Positions 29,613 through 45,604 of a stretch of 64,000 bases of DNA are shown piece after piece. This DNA is from the human T2T-CHM13v2.0 reference genome, Homo sapiens. Positions within the stretch are counted from its first letter, which is position 1. Every line of letters begins with the position of its first letter. The position numbers and the translations under genes were made by a program. The stretch lies in NCBI RefSeq assembly GCF_009914755.1, contig NC_060925.1, one strand, 5' to 3'. Below the pieces are notes generated by a model that saw only the letters and a list, made by a program, of their open reading frames with translations, was not told the DNA's origin and did no database searches.

Positions 29613-29921
<309 letters not shown>

Positions 29922-30640
29922 TCATTGTAGTGATGGTTGCACAACTGTGAAACTATTGCAAAAATGGTCTCGGTATAGTTTTAATGTGTATTTCTATTAT
30001 TAATAGTGAAGTTGAACATCTTTTCATATATTTATTAGCCTTTCAGGTTTCTCCGCCTATGAATTGTCTATTTTTATCAATTACTTATTTCCTATTCATT
30101 TTCTTTTCTTTATCAATGTACAGGAGTTCTTTGTGCATTTTAGCTTCACTGAGATGCTTTACAGATTGGCAAAAATTAGAAAGTTCATGTGGCAGGCAGA
30201 AAAAAAATGACCTCCCAAAGAGATCTACATCCTAATCCCCAGAGTCTGTGAATATGTTAGGTTACATGACAAAAGAGAATTAAGGCTGCAGATGGGATTA
30301 AGGTTGTTAGTGAGTTGACTTCAAGATTGAGAGGTTATTCAGGTGAGCCCAATGTAGTCACAAGCATTCTTGTACTATGGAAGAAGGAGTGAGAAGAAAG
30401 AGTGTTAGAGTAATAGGAGGTGAGAAGGATTTGACTGGCTATTGCTGTGTTTGCAAATGGAAGGAAGCCGTCATAAACCAGAGTGCCAGTAGCTGTAGCA
30501 GCTAGGAAAGGCAAGAAAAAGAATTCTCTCCTAGAGGCACCAGAAGAGAATGCAGCCCTGCCAACACGTTGGTTTTTAGCTCAACCATACCCATTTCAAA
30601 CTTCAGACCTTCAGAACTGTAAAAGTTTGTATTGTTGTAA

Positions 30641-30868
<228 letters not shown>

Positions 30869-33445
30869 TAGCCAGGATGGCCTCGATCTCCTGACCTCGT
30901 GATCCGCCCACCTCGGCCTCCCAAAGTGCTGGAATTACAGGCGTGAGCCGCTGCACCCGGCCATAAGCCAGTAAGTTTGTAGTAATTTGTTGCAAAGCAA
31001 CAGGAAACAAATAAAGTTGGATAAGACAAAATTCTGGAAAGGATGTGGGCAAACATATTTTTATGTGGTACTCATATGAATGCCAACTGGCACAGCCAAT
31101 TTTGGAGAGCAATGTGGTAGTACTTAGTACAATTGAGTGGGTGCATCTCTTATGACCCAGCACTTCTGTTTCTGGATACACACCTCATAGAAACACCCAG
31201 ATATGCACACAAGGGACATACATTAGGATGTTCTTTTATCAAGGTATTATTTGTGGTAGCAAGGAATTGGAGGCAACCTAGAAGCCCATCAATATGAGCA
31301 TGGCCATGTAAATGTGGCTTATGCTGGTGATGGAATGCTATGCAGCAGGCTGAAAGAATGAAGCTACTTGTAGCAACATGGATTGACTATAAAAACATAA
31401 TGTTGATGGAGAAAAAACTTAAAAGCAGTATTAAATCTATAACATACTACCATTTATTTAAAATTTTAAAGCATATAGCAATGTATTTTATCACAGATCC
31501 ATATGTATGTAAATAAACACAAGGGATGTGAATTGGGAAGATATTTATAAATAAGAGTGTCAATGGAGTAGAAAGAAGAATAGCATTGAGATGAATGATA
31601 AATGAAGGGAAAAGAAAATAAGATAAAACAAAAAATTAAAAGGGGATGTGGATTTAAAAAGACAATTGCGTACTGTGAACTCCGTATACTGACAATTTTA
31701 CTCAACCCAATTCTGTACATCTAGGGCAGGGCGCGGCAACTTTTCTTTAAAGGGCCAGATAACAAATATCTTAGGCTTTGCAGGTCATGCAACATTCACA
31801 ATCTCAAGGGTTCAGTAGAAAAAAGCTACTAGATGGGCAAAGAAGCACAAATAATAAGACTCATAACTAGGAGAAAAGTCAGCAATAGAAACAGACCCAG
31901 AAACAACAGAGATAACAGAAATAGCAGACAAGGATTTTACAACTATTATAAAAATCTCAAGGATTTAAAGAGAAAAACTAATAATAAGAGAAACTGAAAC
32001 TATAAAAAATAAATGGAATTTCCAGAGCTGAAAAATACTTTAATATCTTACTTATGTAAAAAACTAATTGGATGGATTTCACAGATTTGACACTGCAGAA
32101 GAAAAAGCAATGAACTTGGAGATATAGCAATCAGCAAACTGAAGCAGAGAAAAAAAGGACTGAAAAAAAAGTGAATAGAGCCTCAGTGACCTGTAGCACA
32201 GTATCAAACACACCAAAATTGTGTAATTAGAATCTAGCGATGGTAGGCAGAAGAAACAACTGAAGAAATAAATCTGAAAAGTTTTCCAAATTTGGCAAAA
32301 ACTACAAAACCACAGATCCAAGAAGCTCAATAAATACTAAGCAGAATAAACACAAAGGAAACCACACCAAGGCACATCATAATATAATAGTTGAAAGTCC
32401 ATTATAAGGAGATCTGAAAGGCATTAAGAGAAAAAAAATTACAGGAATGCAAGATTAGACTTAACACTGACTTCTCAACAGAAACGATGCAAGCCAGAAA
32501 ACTATGAAATAATATGTTTAATATGCTGGGAGGAGGAGAAGTAAACCTAGAATTTTACATACAGTAAAAAAAATTCTTCAAAAATGAAGGCAAAATAAAA
32601 CAATTTTTAAGAACACAAAAGCTAAGAAAGTTTGTCAAGAGCAGACCTGTCCTATAGGAAATATTAAAATAAGTTCTTTAGGCTGAAGGGAAATGATACC
32701 GGCTGGAAACTTTGATCTATACAAAGGAATAAATAGCACTTGCAATTGTAAATATATGAGGAAATATAGAAAATTTTGGGTTTTATATTTTTTAATTTTT
32801 TAAACGATAACTAAGTAAAGCAAAAATAGTAATAATGTATCATGGGGCTTAAAACATAAATGAAAGTAAAATGTACAATCAAATAGTACAAAAGATATAA
32901 GGATAGAAGCATACTGTTGTAAAGTTTTTGTATTATACATAAACTGGCCTACTATTTGAAGGTAGACTGTGATAGATGAATAATAATACATATTTTTAAA
33001 CTATCAGACATATGAGAAGATGTTTGCAGTCAAAGATACACAGTGTAAGGCAATGAAATATCATTTTTTACATGTTAGATTGATAGATTGATAATTACAG
33101 AAGATTTATAGCATTCACTATTAGTGATAATGTGGCATGCTAGTGGAAGTATGAATTACTATAATTTGGATAGTAATGTGGCATAATCCATTAAAGAGAA
33201 AAAGCTCATATCCTTTGATTCAACAAGCTACATGTGAGATTATGTTACCCACAAATAAAAGCACCATATATTTGCACAAGTATATGTGTAAGAATATTTT
33301 TATTTTGGTGAATATGCTGCATTTTGGGGGAGACAAGGGGGCAGGTGGGAATTAGAAACCTGAAGACCTGTAAATAAGAGAATGGTTGACTAAATCTTAG
33401 TACATGCATGGTATGGAATACTTGTAGCTATTGAAAAAAAAATGA

Positions 33446-33720
33446 GGCCAGGCACGGTGGCTCATGCCTGTAATCCCAGCACTTTTGGGAGGCCGAGGCT
33501 CTACTAAAAATACAAAATACAAAAATTAGCAGGGTGTGGTGGCACATGCCTGTAGTCCCAGCTACTTGAGAGCTGAGGCAGGAGAATCATTTGAACCCAG
33601 GAGGCGGAGGCTGCAGTGAGCTGAGATCGTGCCACTGCACTCCAGCCTGGGCAACAGAGTGAGACTCTGTCTAAAAAAAAAAAAAAAAAAAAAAAAAGAG
33701 AGAGAGGAAAAAAGAAAAAA
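33446..33720 (+). mobile_element. Alu with internal left-arm deletion
   Basis: GGCCGAGG joined directly to CTCTACTAAAAATAC; TSD AAAAAAAATGAG. Confidence 0.88.
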
Positions 33721-34856
33721 AATGAGAGCGCTACTACGTGCATTATGGAATGAAGTTTGTGTCATGTGGTAAAAGGAAAACGAAAGATAGATGGATGGAC
33801 AGATAGGGAAATAGAATAGCTCAATTTGTTTAAACCTAGAATATATTTTCTGTATGGCTTAAATATAAAAGAAAAACCTAAAACGCTTTTATACGTCTAT
33901 AAAGGCATGAAGAAAAATGTGGAAAGATTCTCGTAAAACTATTATTTGGGAAGGAGAGACTGGAGGGGAAAGGAAATATTATTAACATTTGATACTACTC
34001 TGCAGTGTTTGATTTGTAGAAAAGGATACTTAATTGAGATTCTTCCTGCCTCTTTAGCAGAGGTCCTACAGGCCAAAATAAAAAAACTAATGCATTCACC
34101 ACTGAAGACAGTGGTACTTTGGACCAGTGACTTCTGGTGTGTCACATGCTTCTCTGTTTCCTAAGCTGAGCATTCATTGTCCCTGTTCCACCATTTTATA
34201 TCCTTGGAGCGGGGCAGGGCGAGGTGGGAGGTGCAGGTAACCTGGGTTTTTTACTTGTTTGTTTATAGGCTGTGGACCCAGAGGAGGCATATCTCACTAG
34301 GTAGCCACCACTGCTCATTTTTCAGAGAGCTTGGATCTCAGCTGGATGCCATGACTGGACAGGACTTTGGGTTGTCTCATTTGGGAAATCAGAGTATTTT
34401 CTATGTATGAGAAGCATGGAAAAAAAGGACATTTGAAGCCAGAAGAGTGGAATGTAGAAAAGAATCTTAAAGATTATACATCCACATTTCAGAGTACTTC
34501 TCATAGGGCTTCTGTTGATGTACTCTACAACAAACCAAAAACAAACAAACAACAACGACAACAAAAATGAGGAACATATGTGTGGTTTTATGTGGGAATG
34601 TTTGTGAGAAATTTGCCTTTTATGCAAATCACTCTCCTTTTTATAAGAACTTGCCAAAGTTTTGCACCACCAAAAGTTCTGGCTCTGATGATCAGGTAAC
34701 CAGCCATGACATGATGGAATCTGTGAATCCTGTAACATATGTTTAGATTTAGCTGCTAAGAATAGCAGAGCCAGTTTGTGAATAAAGTTTATGTTGTGTA
34801 GGACCCTGCAGCTATCACAGCTTTAAATTTACCTCATGTCTCACTTTACTCTTTAA

Positions 34857-35254
<398 letters not shown>

Positions 35255-36984
35255 AGTTTGTTCCTCTATAAACAATGTTTGTGCTTGTTAAATGTCAGTT
35301 GTGGAGAAGGTATAAGTCTACATTTTAAGAATTATGGAGATTATTCATAATCTGAGAATCTGGTATTGCACTATTTTAATTTTATATAAACTTTTTCAAT
35401 ACATAACACTACAAATATATTCAGGAGTTATGTTGCTGTCCTATAAGTTTAATACTTTGGAGAGATGAGTAAAACTAACAAAGTAATAACTTTTAGAAAT
35501 GAAACTTTTACAAAATGAAGCAGTTAAGGTTGAACAGTTAATCTTAGATTCTGAGTTTTCTCATTATAAGTAAAAGTTTAAAATGATGTTAAAACCGTCT
35601 TACCAAGTTTAACGAGTGCCAGCATTCATTTGATGCCCTAAATGACTATGTTAGCAACCACCTCCTAGTATTTATCCTGACAAGTGACACTTTAGGAAAA
35701 GCACATCTCAGTTATTCATAGAATAGTGTGATTACGTATTTTCAGGGTGTTTGGTATCAGCAATGAACCAAATTAGACATTTAAAGTAATGGAACTATAC
35801 CAGAAATGGAAACTGAACTAGTATTTCCTAGAAAAGACTTTGTCACTGTCACTGTGGTTATCCACTTAATTGAGCTTTTGATTTACAAGTACATTCATTT
35901 ACCTAACAGCTACACAGAAGACCATATCATACCCATAGACTTAAAAATGATTACATTAACAATCACAGTTGACATTTTGGGTTGTATATTAGGCTCTTGC
36001 TTCATCAGGCATCGTCTACCATCTAGGGTTTATTCTTTAGAAAGCACAGAAGCAAGTTTGTCTTTGTTGTTATTTTTGTTTTCATTGTTATTTTTGTTTT
36101 TGTTTTTTTCTCTAACTAGACAGGCAACCACTGACAAAAGCCATGCCTGTATTAGTGAAACTCCCAGATATTAATAGGAGGAGAAGGCAGAAAAAAGAAG
36201 TGGGGAAATAGAAAGGCCTCTACAGATGGTGATTTCATACAGAAAGGTTACCGACTTGCTAAGAAAAATTATATTTAATTTTCCAACTAATTTTTAACTG
36301 TCGAAAAGTGTGAAGATTGAACAACACCTACAATCCCGTTGAACTGGCCAAAAAGAATGGGATCTCTCCAGAACAAGTCAGTTCAACTCAGTAAATACTT
36401 ATTGACTACCTGCCCTGTACCACTCAGTGTGCCAGATGCTGAAGATGAGGGATCCTTGCGTGCATAGAGTTTATAATCCAGGGAGCATGCAGGATAAGAG
36501 AACCACTGTTATCAATGGCAATCAGTGCAAGTCTTCACTTGATAATGTAAGTCTAAGTTAAACAATATACTGATGGACCTAGAGCATGATAATTTCTCAA
36601 ATAATACTTATGTAAGAGTTGTCATCTTCTGACTTTTTTTTTCTTGCATCTAGGGAAAAGAAGAGAATAAAGAAGATTATCATTGCTACCTGCATCTTAC
36701 TGTATTCTCATAATTTGTTGTGCTTGCTTAACAACCAGATTCAAGTTCTTTCCTCAACAGCTCTCATCTGTTCCCTCAAAGAATATGCCTTAGATGCATT
36801 TGAGACACCATTTTGTGTCTGACTTCTGCAATTTTGTAAGATGCTGCCATTAGAAGTTAATAGAGCAGTGGTCTTTCAACATTTTAGATGGTATACTCCT
36901 TCAGAAAAAAAAAAAAAGCATTTTTGAGAAACATCCCCAACATATGTTTGGTTGTTTTTTTATTTCCTTGAAAAACATATGTAT

Positions 36985-37295
<311 letters not shown>

Positions 37296-38499
37296 TTATA
37301 TGTGTGTATATACACACACACACATATGCACACACAAATATATAAATTAAATTTTTAAATGAGATAGAGTAAAATGCATTTTTGAAATTATTGATTTATT
37401 AACAAAACTAAAAGCCTTCCTTCTCACTAAAAAGTGTTGAAAAATCCATGAATTATGCAAGATTGTTATAACATTTGGCTATCATAATCTTATTCTTGAT
37501 ATCAATCAGTTTTTAAAGTAATGAGAAGCTGCTGCATTTTTATATTTTTTAACAAATGGATTTAAAATCCACTGAACTGCTCAATTAAAAGATTGAAACA
37601 AAATAGCAAATTGTTTCCGAGTTTTTAAAAGCATTTTCTGTGATGACAATCATAAAATCTTCAGTAAGAAAAACACACAATAATGGGAACACTTCGAAAT
37701 ATTTGTTTTCAAATCGTCTCTTCATAACAACGTATCACTTGGTGTGAAAATTACCTTGAAGAAACAACAAATAAACCTCTGGGGTTTTTTGTTCTTCAAA
37801 AAGATCTATTAGATAACATGTACTGAGAGCCATATATCAATACAGAAAAGATCAGCAAATTTAGGATATTTGGGGTTTTTTTGTAAAAATAAAGAAAATA
37901 ACTCACTTTAAGACAACTTTTAAAATCTTTGTTACAAATGATTTCTACAATTATGTATCATCTCATTACAAAGTAATATTAAGATTCTAGATTCTACGAT
38001 TTAAAAGATTTTAGTAAAATTATTCATGTAGATAAATTACTAAAGCATGTAAACTACAGTATGTCACAATCCCATAAAGACAATCTACTGTACATTGTTG
38101 ATTCCAAGATGTACATTTTTCATATTTAACATCTCAAACATTGAGAGCGGTTTTAAGGTAATGCCCAGAAGCGTGGTATGCAGTTGTCCACTTCTGCGGG
38201 CTCAGCAAACCTGTACTGGGCTCAGTGGACTAGAAGAAAACTCCAGAGACAACGGGGTGGGGGAGGGGGGGGGACTTAAAAAAAAATTCGATAGATAATA
38301 TACATATGTTTAAAATCTAAATTTTATTTAGAGATATCTAAATAAAATCTCTAAACTAAATAAAATTTTAGTTTAAAAGATTCTAAATGTTGAGAAAGCA
38401 TTGTTATTGTTTACCTGGCAGTTCTTTTTATTTCTTACTAGCGCATAAATAATGGTATATCTTATAATTAAGGAAGTCTTAGATTTAAAGAAATCTAAG

Positions 38500-38620
38500 C
38501 TGACGGGTGCAGAGGCTCAGGCCTGTATTCCCTGCACTTTGGGAAGCCAAGGCGGGAGGATTGCTTGAGGCCAGAAGTTTGAGACCAGCCTGGGTAACAG
38601 AGTGAGAGTCTGTCTTTACA
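38500..38620 (+). mobile_element. Alu monomer (FAM/FLAM-like) in the IL12RB2 promoter
   Basis: GGGTGCAGAGGCTCAGGCCTGTATTCCCTGCACTTTGGGAAG. Confidence 0.8.
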
Positions 38621-38699
38621 GGTTTAAATACAGTTTTTTTCTAAGTAATATTGTCATAAATATTATGTCATGAATATTATGCAGAGCTGCCGACCCCTC

Positions 38700-39900
38700 T
38701 GTACTCTGGGCAGTTTTCCCTCTTGCCTGAGAACACCACTTATAACACGGGACCTATACGGGAGTGGTGACACGCCATCTGTTCAAGTTTAACTTTTTTC
38801 TCATTTTTTAGACAGCAAATACAAATGGAAGTTCCAGTATGTTCTGCCCGCACTCCAGTGGGCGGTCTTGTGCACAGCCCACTTGGGAGGCCTCGGCGCT
38901 CAGGTGTGGTAAGAGCTGGGCGGTGCAGAGCACAGAGAAAGGACATCTGCGAGGAAAGTTCCCTGATGGCTGTCAACAAAGTGCCACGTCTCTATGGCTG
39001 TGAACGCTGAGCACACGATTTTATCGCGCCTATCATATCTTGGTGCATAAACGCACCTCACCTCGGTCAACCCTTGCTCCGTCTTATGAGACAGGCTTTA
39101 TTATCCGCATTTTATATGAGGGGAAACTGACGGTGGAGAGAGAATTATCTTGCTCAAGGCGACACAGCAGAGCCCACAGGTGGCAGAATCCCACCCGAGC
39201 CCGCTTCGACCCGCGGGGTGGAAACCACGGGCGCCCGCCCGGCTGCGCTTCCAGAGCTGAACTGAGAAGCGAGTCCTCTCCGCCCTGCGGCCACCGCCCA
39301 GCCCCGACCCCCGCCCCGGCCCGATCCTCACTCGCCGCCAGCTCCCCGCGCCCACCCCGGAGTTGGTGGCGCAGAGGCGGGAGGCGGAGGCGGGAGGGCG
39401 GGCGCTGGCACCGGGAACGCCCGAGCGCCGGCAGAGAGCGCGGAGAGCGCGACACGTGCGGCCCAGAGCACCGGGGCCACCCGGTCCCCGCAGGCCCGGG
39501 ACCGCGCCCGCTGGCAGGCGACACGTGGTGAGTGACCAGTGACTCGGGGTCGGGGACAGAGAGAGCCCCAGGATCCCGGACCAGCGGGGTGTCTGCGTGC
39601 CCGGGATTCCGTGTCTCGCGTCTCCCGAGGGGGCTTCGGCGACGGCTTCTCTCTTTATATATATATATGTATATATATATTTTTAAAGTCTTCCAATACG
39701 ATCCGAAATGGCTTCTCTTCATCACAGTCCTAACGCCCTGGGCACAGATGTTCACTTGGAGGTACTGGGTGGTGGTTTGGCTGGATGGAGGGGAGGGAGC
39801 GCGCGGACTGAGCCTCCAAGGTACTCTCTGGGCCGGGGCACAGAGTGGTGGGCTCAAACGGAAGGGAGGGGACGGCGACTGGAAAAGGGCAGAGGGCACC
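38700..39900 (+). promoter_or_regulatory. IL12RB2: IL12RB2 promoter and CpG island
   Basis: Dense CpG/GC-rich tract ~39180-39650 (weaker to ~39900); GC boxes GGGCGG near 38860 and 38918; TATAA at 38741-38745; two CACGTG E-boxes. Confidence 0.85.
38924..39527 (+). other. IL12RB2: IL12RB2 non-coding exon 1 (start approximate; shorter TSSs inside the CpG island likely)
   Basis: Ends ACACGTG|GTGAGT (donor at 39528) inside a CpG island; joins to GAAGAATACGG of the ATG-bearing exon. Confidence 0.8.
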
Positions 39901-40221
39901 CCTGAGGGTCCAGCCTTGGTTCAGGCCCACAGACGTGGCTCCCGTTGCTTGAAAATGTATCAAATGTGAGTAAGATATTGGGGGGGGCCTTCCGTAGTCC
40001 CGGATGAGGGTGAACTAACCTTGTCTCAGCAGTCTTTCCTGTGGCCTCTGGACTGACCCCGAGTCCCTGCCTGGCCAGTTACTAGCAAGATGCTCTGGTG
40101 CAAGCAAATTGGCCAGCCTCAGTTTTCTCTTCTGTGAAATGCCCCTTCCTTTGTGAACTATGAGGCCCTCCTCATCTCCCTAGGACACACTAAATATCAG
40201 TGTCAGCATTGTACGGGATTA

Positions 40222-40692
<471 letters not shown>

Positions 40693-41346
40693 CTAGATAA
40701 TTGTTATAATCTGCTATGTGTGTGCTCTGTGTAGATGAACATCTTTGTTGAGCACCTACTATGTATTTGGTTTTTGGATATATATTATCTAATTCCTTAA
40801 AAACATGGTGAAATTGTTATTAGTATTCCCATTTTACAGATGTGGAAACTTACATGTTTCACACAGTTAGAGAGTTACAGGTTTCTGGCTCAAAACTGTG
40901 TTCCTTCTGTTTCCACCTCTCTGGCTCAGAACCTTATAACCACCTCCACTTGAACAAACAAACGTTGGATTCTCATTTTCCATTAATAGGAATGGTACAG
41001 TGCCCTATTTCTCTGTCCAACACATAACTAAAAGGACCTTAGTGGCTAAGAGCTAACACTTTCCTTCCCTATTTTAATGTGAAATCCTCAATACATTACA
41101 CTATCTGTTAGGCACAACAGCCTCCAGAAAAGTTTGCAATATGCTCTTTTCCATATGTCATGCCTCTTGAATGTCATGTTCATTACATAGGCTGATAAAT
41201 TCCCAAACTTTGACAAACGGAATCTTTTCTGTATTAGAATGAGTTTTAGTGTGAAAAAAAATTCGAAAGCACACATGTAATTTTTAAGGTAGAAGAATCC
41301 GCCAAGTACAGTAGGTATTGGGCATCATTTCTCAGTTGTGGACTTA

Positions 41347-41769
<423 letters not shown>

Positions 41770-42246
41770 GCCAAATCCCAAAGGAAGTCTTATACAATTT
41801 CCTTTGCCCTTGGAAGTTTCTAGTGTTCTTCGCTAGTGTAACAGTGGTTTGTTTTTGTTTTTGTTTTCCAAATAAGTATTGAACATGTACATTATGGTCA
41901 GTGCATTTGCTGGACTTAGACTTAGTGAATATAAAGAAATGTAAGGCCCAGTTCATGACCTACGAAGTCAAAATTGTTTGGGAAAATTTTGAGAATACTT
42001 AATATGTCTTAAATGATAGGTGGCATGAAGTTAGGAGGTATGGAATCTAGTTTTAATCAAATCAGTCTTTCAGTGTTAAATCAGATGAATGGGCAAAGAG
42101 AGGAGTCAAAAGCAAGGCCATCTAACTTAATTCTCGTAGTGTCACTGAAAAGAAGTAATACTGCCTTTTTTCTTATAATAATAGCAGGTAACATTGATTG
42201 AGCTCTTGCTATATACCAGGTACTCTGCTAACAGCTTGTCATTTAA

Positions 42247-42582
<336 letters not shown>

Positions 42583-45102
42583 AGTAGGTGCTGTTTGTAT
42601 TCCCTTTTTACAGATGAAGGAACTTAGGCTGAGTGGTCAAGTGATTTGTCACAGGCCATATAGCTGGAATTATCCGAGCCAAGACTTAGGTGTCCTGGGC
42701 GGATCCACTGCTCTTTTCATTACTACTACAGTTGCTCAGGAGGCTCTTCTGGGAGCTTGGACTGAGGTGATGAGCGTAAACATGGTTCAATGCCTCTTGG
42801 AGGTAGTAGCTTTGTGGGTTTAACATGGGAGCCCTGAGGCATGCTGAGAATAAATGAGAGGGGTAAGCCTGTTCCTGCAGAATTTAAACCGATAGAATAG
42901 GGAAAGCAGTTAGACTAACAGAGCATCAAGCTTGGATTTTTATTTCTCAGGTGCTCATGGAGAAGGGAAGCATAGAATGTAATTCGAATCCAATTCTGGA
43001 TTTATGTGTGGTTTTTCTGGGTTATCTTGGTCAACTTACAGATTTTTCTATCTGTAGAATAGGATACTAATCATTACTTTATGTATTTGACCAAATATTA
43101 ACAACTAAATTATATGCTTTGCACAGTGATAAACTACTAAGTAAATGCCTACAAAAGATTGTTAAAATTAGAATCTTAATTAACCTCTATTTTGCAATGA
43201 TATGCAGGAAAAGCAACACATTAAGTAAAATATCAGGAGATACTGAGATGGAGGGTTGTTAGTGTAGAGACTTCAGCTGAATTCTTAATTTATATGAGAA
43301 ACCTGGGGAAACATTGTGGCATGGTGATCACTACCCTTAGTTTTTTAATTCCCCTCCCAAGTGTGCCTCCAATTATCTTAAGATAATTGTGAAATTCTTA
43401 GAAAATTCTCAAAACAATGCAATTATCTTAATATGTTAATGCCTTGTAGTACTTTATGAAAATACTCAGTGGTTGCTTACAAGGTGAAGCAAAACTTGGC
43501 CAGGACTTTGCAATACCCAAGATCCAAAGATAAACCTCCTGCCATTGTCCACAAACAGAGACTTCCAGATTGAGGATGTCAAAGAAAAAACCTTTCCAAT
43601 ACACTAAGGAAGAAAAGTTAGTGAAAGAGGTTTAGTTTTCTCAATAAAGGTCAATTGCTATTTTTAAAATAAGGAAAGGAGGCTTTGAAGTATGAAGTTA
43701 CCTGCCATGGTGACAGAGGCAGAAATGGAGGAACCAAGGATGGTGCCCGGGGCCTCTTTCCAGCACATCATCCTTCCCAATAGAAGACAGCTTATTTTAT
43801 CGATAGGCCTAGCAGGATACAGAGAGTGAATCAGAGAAGGCTGGAGTTTCCGAAGCTTTATTGAACACTTGCCATGAAAGTTTTAGGCTTATGGGAGCTA
43901 TTCAAAGAAAGAAAAGAGGTCATGTAGTTTATTTGAAAGTGTCTTGTTTCTCCAAGACTCCATTCGTATCTTGTTTCTTTCTTTCTTTTTACTGTTATAT
44001 TGGAGAAATGCTTGTTCAATCTATAGGATAAAATAGTTCTCAGTACAGATGATTGAGGGGTTGGGGTGGGATAAATTCATTTCAACTCTGATTTGTTTAC
44101 GCACAACATTTCAGGAGTCTATTATGTCAAATGGGATGTATCTAAAATGGAAATAAAGACAAACAGAATTGACAGAAACAACATTCCAGAAAAAATAGGA
44201 AAAGAAGAGAGAAAAGAATAAAGGAAGTTAAGAAAAAAAAAAAGCCATAAAGAGGGAAAGGAGAAAACACATTGAATTTAAAAAAAAAAAAAAAGGAACA
44301 AAAATTCGGAAGTCTCCTGAATTTGAGCAAGAAAAGAAAGTTCCTGTACTTGGGTGAAATTAAAGAGGAACCATAGGACAGCAAATGCTTACCAATGAAA
44401 TTAGAGAAAATTCCAGGCAGCCTCGTCAGCTGCACAAAAAGGAAAACAAGTGTGTGTGTTAAATTTGGCTCATGTAAACAGTGCTTGGACTATTGAATAG
44501 AAAGAAGAAAAAGTAGAAAAGGTTATGCATTTTACTTTCCTTCCCCTTCAAGCCATTTACCATGACATTATGAATGGGGCCGGTTTGATGATGGGGCCTG
44601 ATAGACGGGCTTTTGCCCATGTAATGGCTTGTTACATTCTTTCACCAAATGGTAGACTTGGAATGAAAAACAGTTCATTTTCATGACCATAACTCAGGAA
44701 ATTTCATGAAGAAGAGAAGGTTAGCTAATTGGTAACTTGATTTGATTATCCTTTTCCATCACCATAGTGGAATAGCATCAGATACGGTTACATATTGTAT
44801 GTGCGCTGAGTTTTGTTGTTTCATCCTCTTTTGAGGGAGGTGGGCCTCAGAAGTAATGAGTCAACCTTCTGAAGAGTAAAGCATTAGGCATTATAAATGC
44901 TTTACTAGATAGATATCATAAAGATTGTATGTAAGGTGCCTAGCATCATGCCTGAAACATAGTAAGAGATCAAAAAATTGCAGCATTAGTATTAGTATAG
45001 TGTTAAGATTAGCATTATTTTTAGTATTATGCTGCTACTGTTGCTATTGATTACAAGCAGCCTCACATCTAGAAGTGATGTTGGATTAGAAATCAGGAGA
45101 CT

Positions 45103-45604
<502 letters not shown>

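Noticed and set aside
39040-39969. Long ORFs over the CpG island (271 aa minus; 163 and 145 aa plus)
   Set aside because: Pro/Arg/Gly-rich, non-ATG starts, and two run through a (TA)n tract; expected from stop-poor GC-rich DNA, with no recognisable domain.
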